This document shows, piece after piece, positions 9,269 through 17,875 of a DNA stretch of 64,000 nucleotides (position 1 is the first letter of the stretch; every line of letters starts with the position of its first letter). The translations under genes were made by a program, and so were the position numbers. This DNA is from a virus (Duplodnaviria > Heunggongvirae > Uroviricota > Caudoviricetes): the IMG/VR virus record IMGVR_UViG_3300031998_000029, positions 15,666-79,665 of that record; one strand, 5' to 3'. The notes beneath the pieces are model-generated. The model was not told where the DNA came from and ran no database searches. It was given only the letters and a program-made list of their open reading frames with translations.

Positions 9269-9744
9269 TGCCTACACCCGACTTTGTAAAAGCAAAACTC
9301 GACAAAGTGTACACGGACTCCGTACTGAGAAAAGAAATGTCGCCGAGCTCATGGGCTGGCGACGTCTCGTATATGCCGGTTGTCAGAATGAAAATGACAT
9401 GCGGAGGCGGGATGGGAGGATCTCAATGGTACGAATATATACAACGAGAATCGTTTTTCTCGGCCTGTTCTTTTGTTATAACAGCGGGCGGGAACTCATT
9501 TTCCCACCATCCGACGCTTGTTTCTGCGGCAGGAGACCACGGCATCATTCACGTCAAAACATGGGATAACAAAGATATCATTCTGAATACGGCTTATATG
9601 GTCAAAGCGGATTATTTTACGATAGCAACCGCAAATCTGTACAGCCAAAATCATAATTTTCCAATCGGAGTCTATGCTTTCAGCTATCTGATTCCGGACG
9701 GGCATACATTGACACTGTCTAACGAATGCAGACCGGTGATATAA
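9268..9744 (+). CDS. hypothetical protein
   Basis: ORF track, 158 aa, start overlaps previous stop (ATAATG). Confidence 0.55.
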   Translation: MPTPDFVKAKLDKVYTDSVLRKEMSPSSWAGDVSYMPVVRMKMTCGGGMGGSQWYEYIQRESFFSACSFVITAGGNSFSHHPTLVSAAGDHGIIHVKTWDNKDIILNTAYMVKADYFTIATANLYSQNHNFPIGVYAFSYLIPDGHTLTLSNECRPVI

Positions 9745-9941
9745 AACACATGAAAGAAATCAGGCTTAAATGGGACGATCTTAGCCCCACGGAAAAAGAA
9801 ATTGCAGTTAATAACTACAGAAGTATAAGAACGGTTGAAGAAGAAGCGGAGTGCAGCGAAGAGCGTGCGAGAAACGATACCCCATTTTGCAGGGGTTTTT
9901 ATAAGAACATGACGACCGGAGAGATTACGGTCGATATCTGA
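9726..9941 (+). CDS. hypothetical small protein
   Basis: ORF track; alternative start ATG 9750. Confidence 0.4.
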   Translation: MQTGDIKHMKEIRLKWDDLSPTEKEIAVNNYRSIRTVEEEAECSEERARNDTPFCRGFYKNMTTGEITVDI

Positions 9942-9972
9942 CTTAAGATCGATTATAAAGGAGAGGATATAT

Positions 9973-10224
9973 GTGTATGCAGTAGTGTTTACATACAGTT
10001 TTGACCACGACGTCGCTGTTTACCTTTACAAGACACAGGACGAAGCCGTACAGCATCTGGAAGATTATCTAAAAGAGAGATTCGCGCATGAAGCTACAGA
10101 CCAAAAGACCCACTACGGCATATCATTTGATATAAGCGAAGACGGTCTTTACGGTACATATAAGCAGCATTTTTTAGATCACATCGAAACTACCACGGTT
10201 AGGGTCGGGACGGTATACGATTAA
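9973..10224 (+). CDS. hypothetical protein
   Basis: GTG start after aaggagagga. Confidence 0.5.
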   Translation: MYAVVFTYSFDHDVAVYLYKTQDEAVQHLEDYLKERFAHEATDQKTHYGISFDISEDGLYGTYKQHFLDHIETTTVRVGTVYD

Positions 10225-10253
10225 CTCATGGAAACACAAAAGGAGTAATTAAT

Positions 10254-10823
10254 ATGGAGTTTATATTAAATTTATTGTTTGCAGCTTTGTGTGGAGCTAT
10301 GGTGGGGTTAGTATTCGGCACAGTTTTCTTTGTATATAGTCATCGACCAGCAAAAGATGAATTCGAAAATAACGACAGTAAATCACAAAGCGGCATTTTA
10401 GTAGATATCATGAGAGACGGAAAAAGAAGATTCGTTCCGTTTTACGATATCAAGTCCGGAGATTTCATAGCCTATCTGGGAGTGTTCGCGGGTGATGACG
10501 CGCATCAGAGCGGAGATGCATCATATGACGGATGGCTATTTTATGACAGTAACGGACTCAGTGTGTTTCCCGAAGATCTTGACGGAGACGTCCGCGACGA
10601 CAGAGAAGATAAATGGTTTGGGATAGTCCGGTGGTGTAACGAAGATATAGCATGTAAGATGGTATGCATGGGAATCACCCCTACAAAGAAAAGCATATTA
10701 GAGGTCAGGGATTTTTGCGAAAAGAATAAATCTTTCAATGATACAATGTGCAAAGCCGGTTGGGATATGATCGAAACGGCGATACGGGAATGCGATAAGG
10801 AGCGGAAATATGGAAGATTCTAA
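10254..10823 (+). CDS. membrane protein (N-terminal TM helix)
   Basis: MEFILNLLFAALCGAMVGLVFGTVFFVY; RBS aaggag. Confidence 0.6.
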   Translation: MEFILNLLFAALCGAMVGLVFGTVFFVYSHRPAKDEFENNDSKSQSGILVDIMRDGKRRFVPFYDIKSGDFIAYLGVFAGDDAHQSGDASYDGWLFYDSNGLSVFPEDLDGDVRDDREDKWFGIVRWCNEDIACKMVCMGITPTKKSILEVRDFCEKNKSFNDTMCKAGWDMIETAIRECDKERKYGRF

Positions 10824-10977
10824 TAATAATGTTGAAATAAACGTGTTTGATGTAGAGGAAATACATAATAACTGTACCGTTCAGATTCTCAAGAACAGCG
10901 TGACCGGAGAAACAAGCGTCGGATGGTGGGAAAATGAGTTCCCGCCCGCTGTTATAACAAAAGAACAGGCCGACTAA
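10809..10977 (+). CDS. hypothetical small protein (56 aa)
   Basis: ATG overlapping previous stop; fills gap. Confidence 0.35.
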
Positions 10978-10986
10978 GGAGGATAT

Positions 10987-11538
10987 ATGGGTTACTATGT
11001 GAACGCAGACGGGTTTATAACATTAAAGGAAGGCAAGTACGATAAGGAAATGCTCCTGGCTGTAAGAAATAAACTTAATAAAGCATTTGATGAATATGAC
11101 TGTGGCTCTAACGACGATATCCCTTACTATTCTTTCGGACTGTGCGGAAATTATTATGCAGACGAAGTGTGTAAAACGCTTGATGATGTAGCCGACATGG
11201 TCGGCAATTATATAACTGACGGGGAAGTACAGTTTTCCGGCGAAGATAGGGAATATTGGCGATTCGTATTTAAGAACGGTATGTGGATAGAGGAGCCGGG
11301 ACATGTCGTATATAACGAGGACGACCTTGCGACTCAATCCGACGTGGTTATAGAAGTATGCCCGCATTGCAGCAACGAGGTTGAGATGCGCTGGAATACA
11401 AAAGTTTCCGGGCTCAGAGCCTTTTGCCCCTTCTGCGGAAATAGGCTCATGCTGTGCAGCGAGTGCGACGGGATGATTGTCGGATGCGACTACGACTCCG
11501 ACTCCGATACCTGTAAATTTAGCAGACCCACATACTAA
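10987..11538 (+). CDS. hypothetical protein with C-terminal Zn-ribbon cluster
   Basis: RBS aaggagg; CPHCSNE...CPFCGNRLMLCSECDG. Confidence 0.6.
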   Translation: MGYYVNADGFITLKEGKYDKEMLLAVRNKLNKAFDEYDCGSNDDIPYYSFGLCGNYYADEVCKTLDDVADMVGNYITDGEVQFSGEDREYWRFVFKNGMWIEEPGHVVYNEDDLATQSDVVIEVCPHCSNEVEMRWNTKVSGLRAFCPFCGNRLMLCSECDGMIVGCDYDSDSDTCKFSRPTY

Positions 11539-11679
11539 ATAAATTAACCCGTCCATTGGGTATTGACAACAACGACGGGGTTACAATGTTTCTTTATAAA
11601 AGTCAAGTTCCGAAGCTATTAAAGGGATTCTTTTATACCGATATATAAAAAACACGAAAAAACAGAATGCCGCAGACCC

Positions 11680-11712
11680 ATTGGCGCTCAATGGGTCTGG
11701 GCTATTTTGATG
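11680..11712 (+). terminator. putative hairpin terminator / regulatory stem (cagacccattg-gcgct-caatgggtctg + ggctatttt)
   Basis: 11 bp perfect stem followed by T-rich tract; part of a motif repeated at 20444. Confidence 0.35.
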
Positions 11713-11795
11713 AGATGCTATAGTGTATGGTATTTCAGATAACGCAAAAAAACAGTTGTCTGTTATTTTATTCCAAAAAGAAAGGTGGTGCGACG

Positions 11796-11990
11796 ATGAT
11801 AAAGTCGGAACAGTTTCTCCTCATCATGAACGATTCGCTCGGTGCTGCTGCGGTCGGCGGAGCATTGGAGAACCTGATGCCAAACGCCGGTTTTATTGAC
11901 GACGTAAAGAGGCATATGGACGCCCGCAGAAAGTCTGCGTGCCGCAGAAACAGAGCATTTGCCGGACAAAAAGCACCGGCTCAGGCTTAA
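11796..11990 (+). CDS. hypothetical small protein
   Basis: ATG 11796 after aaaggtggtg; listed ORF 11727..11990 extended. Confidence 0.45.
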   Translation: MIKSEQFLLIMNDSLGAAAVGGALENLMPNAGFIDDVKRHMDARRKSACRRNRAFAGQKAPAQA

Positions 11991-12092
11991 ACACAACAAA
12001 CTGGTTTTCCTTTTAAGAAGCGCCCCGAAACCCATTGGGGCGCAGGGGATCGGGAGATTGTTTACAACCGCAAAGGTTGTAAACGGTTATAT

Positions 12093-12168
12093 CTGAACGT
12101 GGTGCAGTGGGTAGCACTCCTGATTTGGGATCAGGAAGTCGCAGGTTCAAATCCTGCCGTTCAGACCA
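12093..12168 (+). tRNA. tRNA-Pro (anticodon TGG)
   Basis: Cloverleaf by eye: acceptor ctgaacg/cgttcag, D gtgc/gcac, AC stem cctga/tcagg loop tttggga, T gcagg-ttcaaat-cctgc, encoded CCA. Confidence 0.85.
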
Positions 12169-12290
12169 CGGGCGAAGCGGTTACGCACTCTGCCCGGTCA
12201 TGGTCTCCTTTCTCTCCATAGCTCCTCCCGCCGCCGGACTTCCCGCGTGCGGGAGGGGCGCACTTATTTTCTATAAAGATAAAATTTATT

Positions 12291-12530
12291 ACCTACGATG
12301 CAGATTGATTGTTCAGATCACAACAATCGCTCTCCGCTGTCAGCGAGAGCAACAAGATGACACGGATTCGCCCTTGCCCTTCACCTCCGCGTCACTGCCG
12401 GGACGCAGGACGACCCGGCAGGGCGCGAGAGGAGAAGGCTCATACCGGCATAATCAGCGAAAACTCCATTATGGATCGTGGGACAATAAAAGTTCATACT
12501 CGGGCGGCTCGCAAGTCCCCGGGTTTTCAT
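12291..12530 (+). ncRNA. Structured ncRNA-like element copy C (homolog of 1027-1330)
   Basis: acctacgatgcagattgattgt...caatcgctctccgctgtcagcgagagcaacaagatgacacggattcgcc; long imperfect hairpin at the position of copy B's long hairpin but with different sequence (structural covariation); conserved ccggcataa[hairpin]ttatggatcgtgggacaa. Confidence 0.45.
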
Positions 12531-12605
12531 GCTGGCGTGGCTCAAAGGCAGAGCAACGCACTTGTAATGCGTAGGTTGTGGGTTCGATTCCCTCCGCCAG
12601 CTCCA
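12531..12605 (+). tRNA. tRNA-Thr (anticodon TGT)
   Basis: acceptor gctggcg/cgccagc, D gctc/gagc, AC acgca-cttgtaa-tgcgt, T-loop ttcgatt (one T-stem mismatch), CCA encoded. Confidence 0.75.
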
Positions 12606-12694
12606 TTGGCGCGGCGTAAAGGTTGGTTGCCGAGGCGAATATTTATAGCCAAAACTGTGGGAGACTGTTATTCCTGCCAAGTCGCGCCTTATTT

Positions 12695-12770
12695 GCCGAC
12701 ATAGCTCAGCAGGCAGAGCAGGCGCTTCGTAAGCGCAAGATTGCAGGTTCGATTCCTGCTGTCGGCTCCA
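12695..12770 (+). tRNA. tRNA-Thr (anticodon CGT)
   Basis: acceptor gccgaca/tgtcggc, D gctc/gagc, AC ggcgc-ttcgtaa-gcgca, T gcagg-ttcgatt-cctgc, CCA encoded. Confidence 0.8.
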
Positions 12771-12817
12771 ATTTTCAAACACACAGAAACACAAATAAAT
12801 CAGAAAGGAGAATTACA

Positions 12818-13009
12818 ATGGCTTACAGAATTGTACAAAAAGAATTTAACCCAAACACAGGCAAAAACCTCGTCGAAATCGTACTGGACAGCGATTCAGA
12901 TCTTTCGGAAGTCGGTACTGATTATTCCCCGGGCAGCATCGCGGTAGTGGCAGACTCCGGAGCTCCGTCATATATGCTGAATGCTTCAGAAGAATGGAAG
13001 GAGTTATAA
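12818..13009 (+). CDS. hypothetical small protein
   Basis: ATG 12818 after aaaggag; listed ORF 12623..13009 runs through the tRNA. Confidence 0.55.
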   Translation: MAYRIVQKEFNPNTGKNLVEIVLDSDSDLSEVGTDYSPGSIAVVADSGAPSYMLNASEEWKEL

Positions 13010-13010
13010 A

Positions 13011-13430
13011 ATGAGCGTTTTACGAGATATAGTCCGCGCAAAAATATTCGCGTCGGGCGGCGGGGGAGGCGGAAACGCCGTGCTTTCCGGCACGTTTATA
13101 GCGACTCAAAATACCGCATCGCACATAATCGAAGAGCTGATCGGATCGACTGTAACTCATTTTTTGATAACGGCCATGCCGTCACCCAGCGCAACAATCC
13201 AGTCTTCGGCACGTGCTTTCAGCGCCGGGTTTATCAACATGGAGGATACCATGAGCTTCTCTATTGGAACGAGTTCAAGCGGAACATCGGTTGCAGCCAT
13301 TAGAATAAAAGACACCGAGGATGAAAGCTTTTCGTTAGACAAGACGACGGGAGTTTTTAAGGTTGCCACGGGAACCGCCGGACTCGGGTATATTCTTGCC
13401 GGAATAACATATAAGTGGTTTGCTTGGTGA
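13011..13430 (+). CDS. hypothetical Gly/Ser/Thr-rich protein
   Basis: ATG 13011 after ggaaggag; GGGGGG tract. Confidence 0.55.
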   Translation: MSVLRDIVRAKIFASGGGGGGNAVLSGTFIATQNTASHIIEELIGSTVTHFLITAMPSPSATIQSSARAFSAGFINMEDTMSFSIGTSSSGTSVAAIRIKDTEDESFSLDKTTGVFKVATGTAGLGYILAGITYKWFAW

Positions 13431-13440
13431 GGTGGTGTAT

Positions 13441-13695
13441 ATGAGATATTATAAGACCGTTGAAAATGGATATATTACGTCTGTGGGAACAGGTCTCAGC
13501 GGGGAAGAAATCAGTATAACAGAATATAATAACCTGCTTTCCGTGATCGGCAATCGTCCACAGGACACATACGATACATGGTATCGCCTGCGTGAAGACC
13601 TTACATGGGAGTCGTATTCGGCTCCTGCGGCAGACCCCGATCCGGAAATAGACGCTTCAGAAGCGTTCGAGATTATTTTCGGAGGTGCTGAATGA
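13441..13695 (+). CDS. hypothetical protein
   Basis: ATG 13441 after gaggtgg. Confidence 0.5.
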   Translation: MRYYKTVENGYITSVGTGLSGEEISITEYNNLLSVIGNRPQDTYDTWYRLREDLTWESYSAPAADPDPEIDASEAFEIIFGGAE

Positions 13696-14114
13696 GATAC
13701 AGCCATGCTATAAAAATAAGAGATGTGATGCACAAGGCATCCGAATCTCTTTCCGATAACGATGCTTATGAAGCCATGGAGCTTATCGAAGACTGGAAGT
13801 CCGGCATTGAATACCCCGGCGAAAAACGATTAAGATACGGAAATGATCTGTATAAAACAAAGAGCGCACACCGTTCGCAGTCGGATTGGACTCCGGATAT
13901 CGCTACGTCGCTCTACGAAAAAATACCGGAACCGGGTCAGGGAGACAGCCCGAGCAGCCCAATTGCCTACAACGGCAACATGGCGCTCGAAAACGGAAAA
14001 TATTATTCTCAGTTTGAGATAACATATCTGTGTATCCGTGATACCGTAAATCCCGTATATAACAACCTCGCAGACCTTGTAGGTTTGTATGTAGAGGTAG
14101 TAAACCAAAACTAA
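13692..14114 (+). CDS. hypothetical protein
   Basis: ORF track; ATGA overlap with upstream gene. Confidence 0.55.
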   Translation: MRYSHAIKIRDVMHKASESLSDNDAYEAMELIEDWKSGIEYPGEKRLRYGNDLYKTKSAHRSQSDWTPDIATSLYEKIPEPGQGDSPSSPIAYNGNMALENGKYYSQFEITYLCIRDTVNPVYNNLADLVGLYVEVVNQN

Positions 14115-14128
14115 TAATTTAAATCATC

Positions 14129-14162
14129 CAAACCGGAGTTACAATACTCCGGTTTGTTTTTC
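14129..14162 (+). terminator. Rho-independent terminator
   Basis: aaccggagt-tacaat-actccggtt followed by tgtttttctc. Confidence 0.6.
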
Positions 14163-14171
14163 TCAAAATGA

Positions 14172-15275
14172 ATGGAAAGGAATGTCACAGTGCGAAAATT
14201 AGCAAGTATAAAGACGATCTCGGACATACTTCCGATTGAGGGCAAAGACAGGATCGTCCTGGCGCTCGTAGACGGATGGAGCGTCATTGTTAAGAAGGAC
14301 GAGTTTCAGGTCGGTGACAAGTGCGTTTATGTAGAAATAGATTCCGTAATGCCGGAGAAAGAAGAGTTCGAGTTTCTCAGGAAGGTAAACTTCAGAATTA
14401 AAACCATGAAGATGTCCGGGGTTTTATCGCAGGGTATCTGCTTCCCGTTAAGCATTCTTCCGAAGAAAGAGGACGGAGAATATGAGACAGAGGAAGATGT
14501 CACCGAAATACTCGGTATAAAGCAATATGAAAAGACGATGGATACAGAACCGCAGACAGCTCCGTGCAAGAAGGTTTCAAACAAGTATCCGCACTGGTTA
14601 ATGAGAATGGCATGGTTCAGAAAGCTGGTTCTTCCGAAGAAAAAGGCACGCGGCTTTCCGTCTTTCGTGTCCAAGACCGATGAAAGCAGGATCCAGAACA
14701 TGCCGTTCATCTTAAAAGATAAAAGAAAGTGGATTGCAACAGAAAAGATAGACGGACAAAGCGGTACTTTCTGCCTGGTCAGACATAAGTCCCGTCTGCC
14801 TTTTATAAAGGATAAGTTTGAGTACATAGTATGCTCCCGTAATTACAGAACCGACGACAAAAGCACGTCTTACTGGAAGGTATCTGACAGATATAACATC
14901 AGGGACGTTCTGGAAAAGCTGATCGGCGATAACGACTGGGTTGTGATTCAGGGCGAATGCATCGCTCCCAACGTCCAGGGCAACAAATACAAGGTCAAAG
15001 AGGCAGATCTGTATGTGTTCAATCTTATCTACCCGGACGGCAGAGTGGGATCACTTACCGCCAAGTATGCCTGTGAAGCTTTCGGTCTGAAATTTGTTCC
15101 GATAATTGAAACGGGATATATACTGCCGGATACCGTTAATGAAGTCCTTGAATATGCTCACGGACAGAGCATGATCGGAGACACCATAAGAGAGGGAATC
15201 GTGTTCAGAAGCATGGACGGCAGGCTGAGTTTCAAGGCGGTCGATCCGATTTTCCTTATGAAGTATGACGAATAA
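14172..15275 (+). CDS. ATP-dependent RNA ligase-like protein (Rnl5/DraRnl-like: N-terminal OB/tRNA-binding-like domain + nucleotidyltransferase domain)
   Basis: KxDG lysine-adenylylation motif in WIATEKIDGQSGTF; N-terminus VRKLASIKTISDILPIEGKDRIVLALVDGWSVIVKKDEFQVGDKCVYVEIDSVMP resembles OB/tRNA-binding domains. Confidence 0.6.
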   Translation: MERNVTVRKLASIKTISDILPIEGKDRIVLALVDGWSVIVKKDEFQVGDKCVYVEIDSVMPEKEEFEFLRKVNFRIKTMKMSGVLSQGICFPLSILPKKEDGEYETEEDVTEILGIKQYEKTMDTEPQTAPCKKVSNKYPHWLMRMAWFRKLVLPKKKARGFPSFVSKTDESRIQNMPFILKDKRKWIATEKIDGQSGTFCLVRHKSRLPFIKDKFEYIVCSRNYRTDDKSTSYWKVSDRYNIRDVLEKLIGDNDWVVIQGECIAPNVQGNKYKVKEADLYVFNLIYPDGRVGSLTAKYACEAFGLKFVPIIETGYILPDTVNEVLEYAHGQSMIGDTIREGIVFRSMDGRLSFKAVDPIFLMKYDE

Positions 15276-15906
15276 CGACAGTTCTATAAGCGTAAGAATT
15301 TTCGGGGTTCCGGAGAGGATGGATTGTATAAAAAAGAATCAGAAAATTCTCTCCGTTTCCGACGACCACATATTCATCGACTATGACCACGACGGCGTGA
15401 TTCCCACAGCGAAGCGTACGTGGTCAAAAGAAACGGACAAAGAGTTTACGATGGTTTTACAGGACGATATCGACCTTTGCGACAATTTTCTCAGCTATTG
15501 CAACAGGATAGTGAGAGCTCATCCTAATGAAATCATCGCTCTTTTTCCGGTTCAGTTTGTCCGACGTGTCCCGGAGAGCAGACTGCCGAAAAAGTCTCCA
15601 TATATTTCTACAAATACCTTGTCCGGATGCGGTGTCATTATGAGAACCGAATATGTTTCACCATGTTTGAATCGATGGACGGACGACAACGCTCTCGGAG
15701 ACGACACAAACATACAGAGATGGGCAAGAGAAAACAGCGTGGGCGTTCTCACCACAATACCTTCTCTCATTCAGCATATAGGAGATGTTTCGGTATTTCT
15801 GCCGGGGAGAGTTATCGGCAGAACAAAGTATTTTGAAAAAGACCCGAAGAATGTCGATTGGGATAATGGGTACGTCACACCGTGGACAAATATTATTGAA
15901 GATTGA
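15265..15906 (+). CDS. putative GT-A-like glycosyltransferase (DxD motif); function uncertain
   Basis: Solid 213 aa ORF; LQDDIDLCDNF DxD-like motif; no P-loop. Confidence 0.35.
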   Translation: MTNNDSSISVRIFGVPERMDCIKKNQKILSVSDDHIFIDYDHDGVIPTAKRTWSKETDKEFTMVLQDDIDLCDNFLSYCNRIVRAHPNEIIALFPVQFVRRVPESRLPKKSPYISTNTLSGCGVIMRTEYVSPCLNRWTDDNALGDDTNIQRWARENSVGVLTTIPSLIQHIGDVSVFLPGRVIGRTKYFEKDPKNVDWDNGYVTPWTNIIED

Positions 15907-15920
15907 GAGTGATTGAGTAT

Positions 15921-16373
15921 ATGAACAACCTGTGTTCGAAGTGCGGCAAGACAACGGCGAGGATCTATCCGGATCATACATGCCAGGGCTGCTATAATTA
16001 CTTCCATCAGGGCGGCACAGAGAATGAGCTGCCGAATAAAGGAGAGATAGTACGCGACAACCGTGGTTATGTGGTTTGTCACATATGCGGACGAGCCTAC
16101 AAACGTCTTGGTTCCCATGTCCGAGAGAGCCATGGCATGACTACGGCGGAGTACAAACAGGAATTTGGGCTCTGCAATAATGCAAAGACGACAGAGCCTG
16201 AGTATTCTCAGCATATGAGGGACTTGGCTTACGAAAACGGAATGCCGGAAAGACTGATCCGGTCTGGATACGCAACTCGCATTCGGAAGGGTGAACGCTA
16301 TAAAAGGCTTGGCAAGAAATCTCGTCTTCAGGAGTGCTTAGACCGCTCAAAAAGATATAAAAAGACGAAATAA
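15921..16373 (+). CDS. Ros/MucR-family C2H2 zinc-finger DNA-binding protein with N-terminal Zn ribbon
   Basis: CHICGRAYKRLGSHVRESHGMTTAEYKQEFGL matches the Ros/MucR signature CxxC...H...H.MTPxEYRxKWGL; N-terminal CSKCGK...CQGC. Confidence 0.6.
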   Translation: MNNLCSKCGKTTARIYPDHTCQGCYNYFHQGGTENELPNKGEIVRDNRGYVVCHICGRAYKRLGSHVRESHGMTTAEYKQEFGLCNNAKTTEPEYSQHMRDLAYENGMPERLIRSGYATRIRKGERYKRLGKKSRLQECLDRSKRYKKTK

Positions 16374-16397
16374 ATGTGAATAAAATTCGGGTTTTAT

Positions 16398-16466
16398 AAA
16401 ACGGTGGCGGAATAGGCAGACGCTTACGCCGTTAGGTTATGCGTGGTGCAAATACACGCCCGTTAA
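16398..16466 (+). ncRNA. tRNA-like element E1 (class-II-type D-arm TGGCGGAATAGGCAGACGC + T-arm-like gcgtg-gtgcaaata-cacgc + short acceptor-like stem; no anticodon arm)
   Basis: D-arm matches tRNA positions 8-26; paralog of element at 32492; lies in the 5' leader of the phosphoesterase gene. Confidence 0.35.
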
Positions 16467-16480
16467 AAAGGAGAGATAAT

Positions 16481-17236
16481 ATGATTTTCGTAACAGGCGA
16501 TTGTCACGCAGACTTCAGACGATTCTCCAAAGAGAATTTTCCTGAACAAAAAGAAATGACCAGAGACGACACGGTGATCGTGTGCGGGGATTTCGGTCTG
16601 TGGCATGATGCGCCCGGCGAGCAATGGTGGTTCAGATGGATAGAGGAAAAGCCGTTTACGCTGGTTTTTGCAGACGGCAACCATGAGAACTTCGACAGGC
16701 TGTACTCAAATGAATTCCCGGTGGTTGATTTTCACGGAGGAAAAGCTCACAAGATTCGAGAAAATCTATATCATCTGATGAGAGGATATATATTTGACTT
16801 CGAAGGCAAATCATTCTTTGTCTTCGGAGGAGCTCAGAGCCACGATATACAGGACGGAATCTTAGACAGAAGTGATTTTGAATCAGACGAAAGTTTCTTA
16901 AATACCGTTAAATCCTGGAATGAAAAAGGGAAATATTTCCGCATCAATCATATTTCGTGGTGGAAGCAGGAACTTCCCACACAGGACGAAATGGACTTCG
17001 GAATCAGCACTCTTAAGCAGCACGGCAATAAAGTTGACTTTGTAATATCCCACTGCTGTCCGCAGGAAATAGCGTCGATGAACGGGTATCACACCCCGGA
17101 CATACTGACTTCTTACTTCGATGGTATTGCAAGGCAGATCAAATTCGATAAGTGGTTTTTTGGGCACTATCATAATAACAACACAACATATTCAAAGTTC
17201 GTAATGCTGTACGAAAACATCGAAAGAATCTTATAA
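16481..17236 (+). CDS. calcineurin-like metallophosphoesterase
   Basis: ATG 16481 after aaaaggagag; motifs GDCHAD, GDFGLW, GNHE. Confidence 0.8.
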   Translation: MIFVTGDCHADFRRFSKENFPEQKEMTRDDTVIVCGDFGLWHDAPGEQWWFRWIEEKPFTLVFADGNHENFDRLYSNEFPVVDFHGGKAHKIRENLYHLMRGYIFDFEGKSFFVFGGAQSHDIQDGILDRSDFESDESFLNTVKSWNEKGKYFRINHISWWKQELPTQDEMDFGISTLKQHGNKVDFVISHCCPQEIASMNGYHTPDILTSYFDGIARQIKFDKWFFGHYHNNNTTYSKFVMLYENIERIL

Positions 17237-17244
17237 CATAAGAA

Positions 17245-17613
17245 ATGGAGTTTGATAGGGAATTATCAAAATATAAAAAGGAGACATTTTTCGTGAGTGA
17301 TATCTTGATTCGTGGCATGAGCTTGCCAAAAGAAGGATATCGGCAAGTCTTTATCACCGCAGAGGGCGAAGTTATTTGTTTTCCGACAACTCCGGCAAAC
17401 GGTGAAAGGCGGTACATGGCAGTCGAACTTCCGCCGCATGGGGATTTGATAGACAGATGCGACATTAAAAATAAAGAAATAACCATTGATTACGATGAAT
17501 GGGATGACACTTTTGAAGATGGGCTTTTGTTCGTTACTAATCTAATTGATGACGCACCCACCATCATTCCGGCAGATGAGGAGGCGAGGAATAATGGGAC
17601 TTACTACGACTGA
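17245..17613 (+). CDS. hypothetical protein
   Basis: ORF track. Confidence 0.5.
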   Translation: MEFDRELSKYKKETFFVSDILIRGMSLPKEGYRQVFITAEGEVICFPTTPANGERRYMAVELPPHGDLIDRCDIKNKEITIDYDEWDDTFEDGLLFVTNLIDDAPTIIPADEEARNNGTYYD

Positions 17614-17875
17614 ATATATAGAACTAGAAGCTGCGCTGAAACAAGCCGGGTTTGTACATGGAAAATGGGATGACAAATATATTAGTTCTGATAAACTGAA
17701 ATCCCTTCCCGTAGCTGATGTTCGTCCTGTGGTGCGGGGAGAGTGGGAAAGAGTGGGAAACACAGATCATTTTAAATGTACTTGTTGCAATAACATGATA
17801 TTGGCAACTTGGGATATGCCATCAGAATTGTTTAACTTCTGTCCGAATTGCGGCGCGGATATGCGAGGTGGATAA
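17594..17875 (+). CDS. hypothetical protein with C-terminal Zn ribbon
   Basis: ATG 17594 after gaggaggcgagga; CTCCNN...CPNCGA. Confidence 0.5.
   Translation: MGLTTTEYIELEAALKQAGFVHGKWDDKYISSDKLKSLPVADVRPVVRGEWERVGNTDHFKCTCCNNMILATWDMPSELFNFCPNCGADMRGG

Noticed and set aside
471-12530. DGR template/variable repeat interpretation of the three homologous elements near the RT
   Set aside because: Differences between copies are not adenine-specific (t/c, g/a, a/g changes) and the copies are intergenic rather than at the 3' end of a target gene.
11556-12610. Recurrent CCCATTGG-containing hairpins (11556, 11680, 12030, 12600) as a distinct repeat family
   Set aside because: Too short and heterogeneous to call; likely terminator/regulatory hairpins sharing a palindromic core by chance or local duplication.
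12107-13009. ORFs 12107..12574, 12309..12704, 12381..12794(-), 12623..13009 overlapping tRNA genes and the structured repeat
   Set aside because: They read through three clear tRNA cloverleafs and ncRNA hairpins; only the 12818 start (after aaaggag) is plausible.
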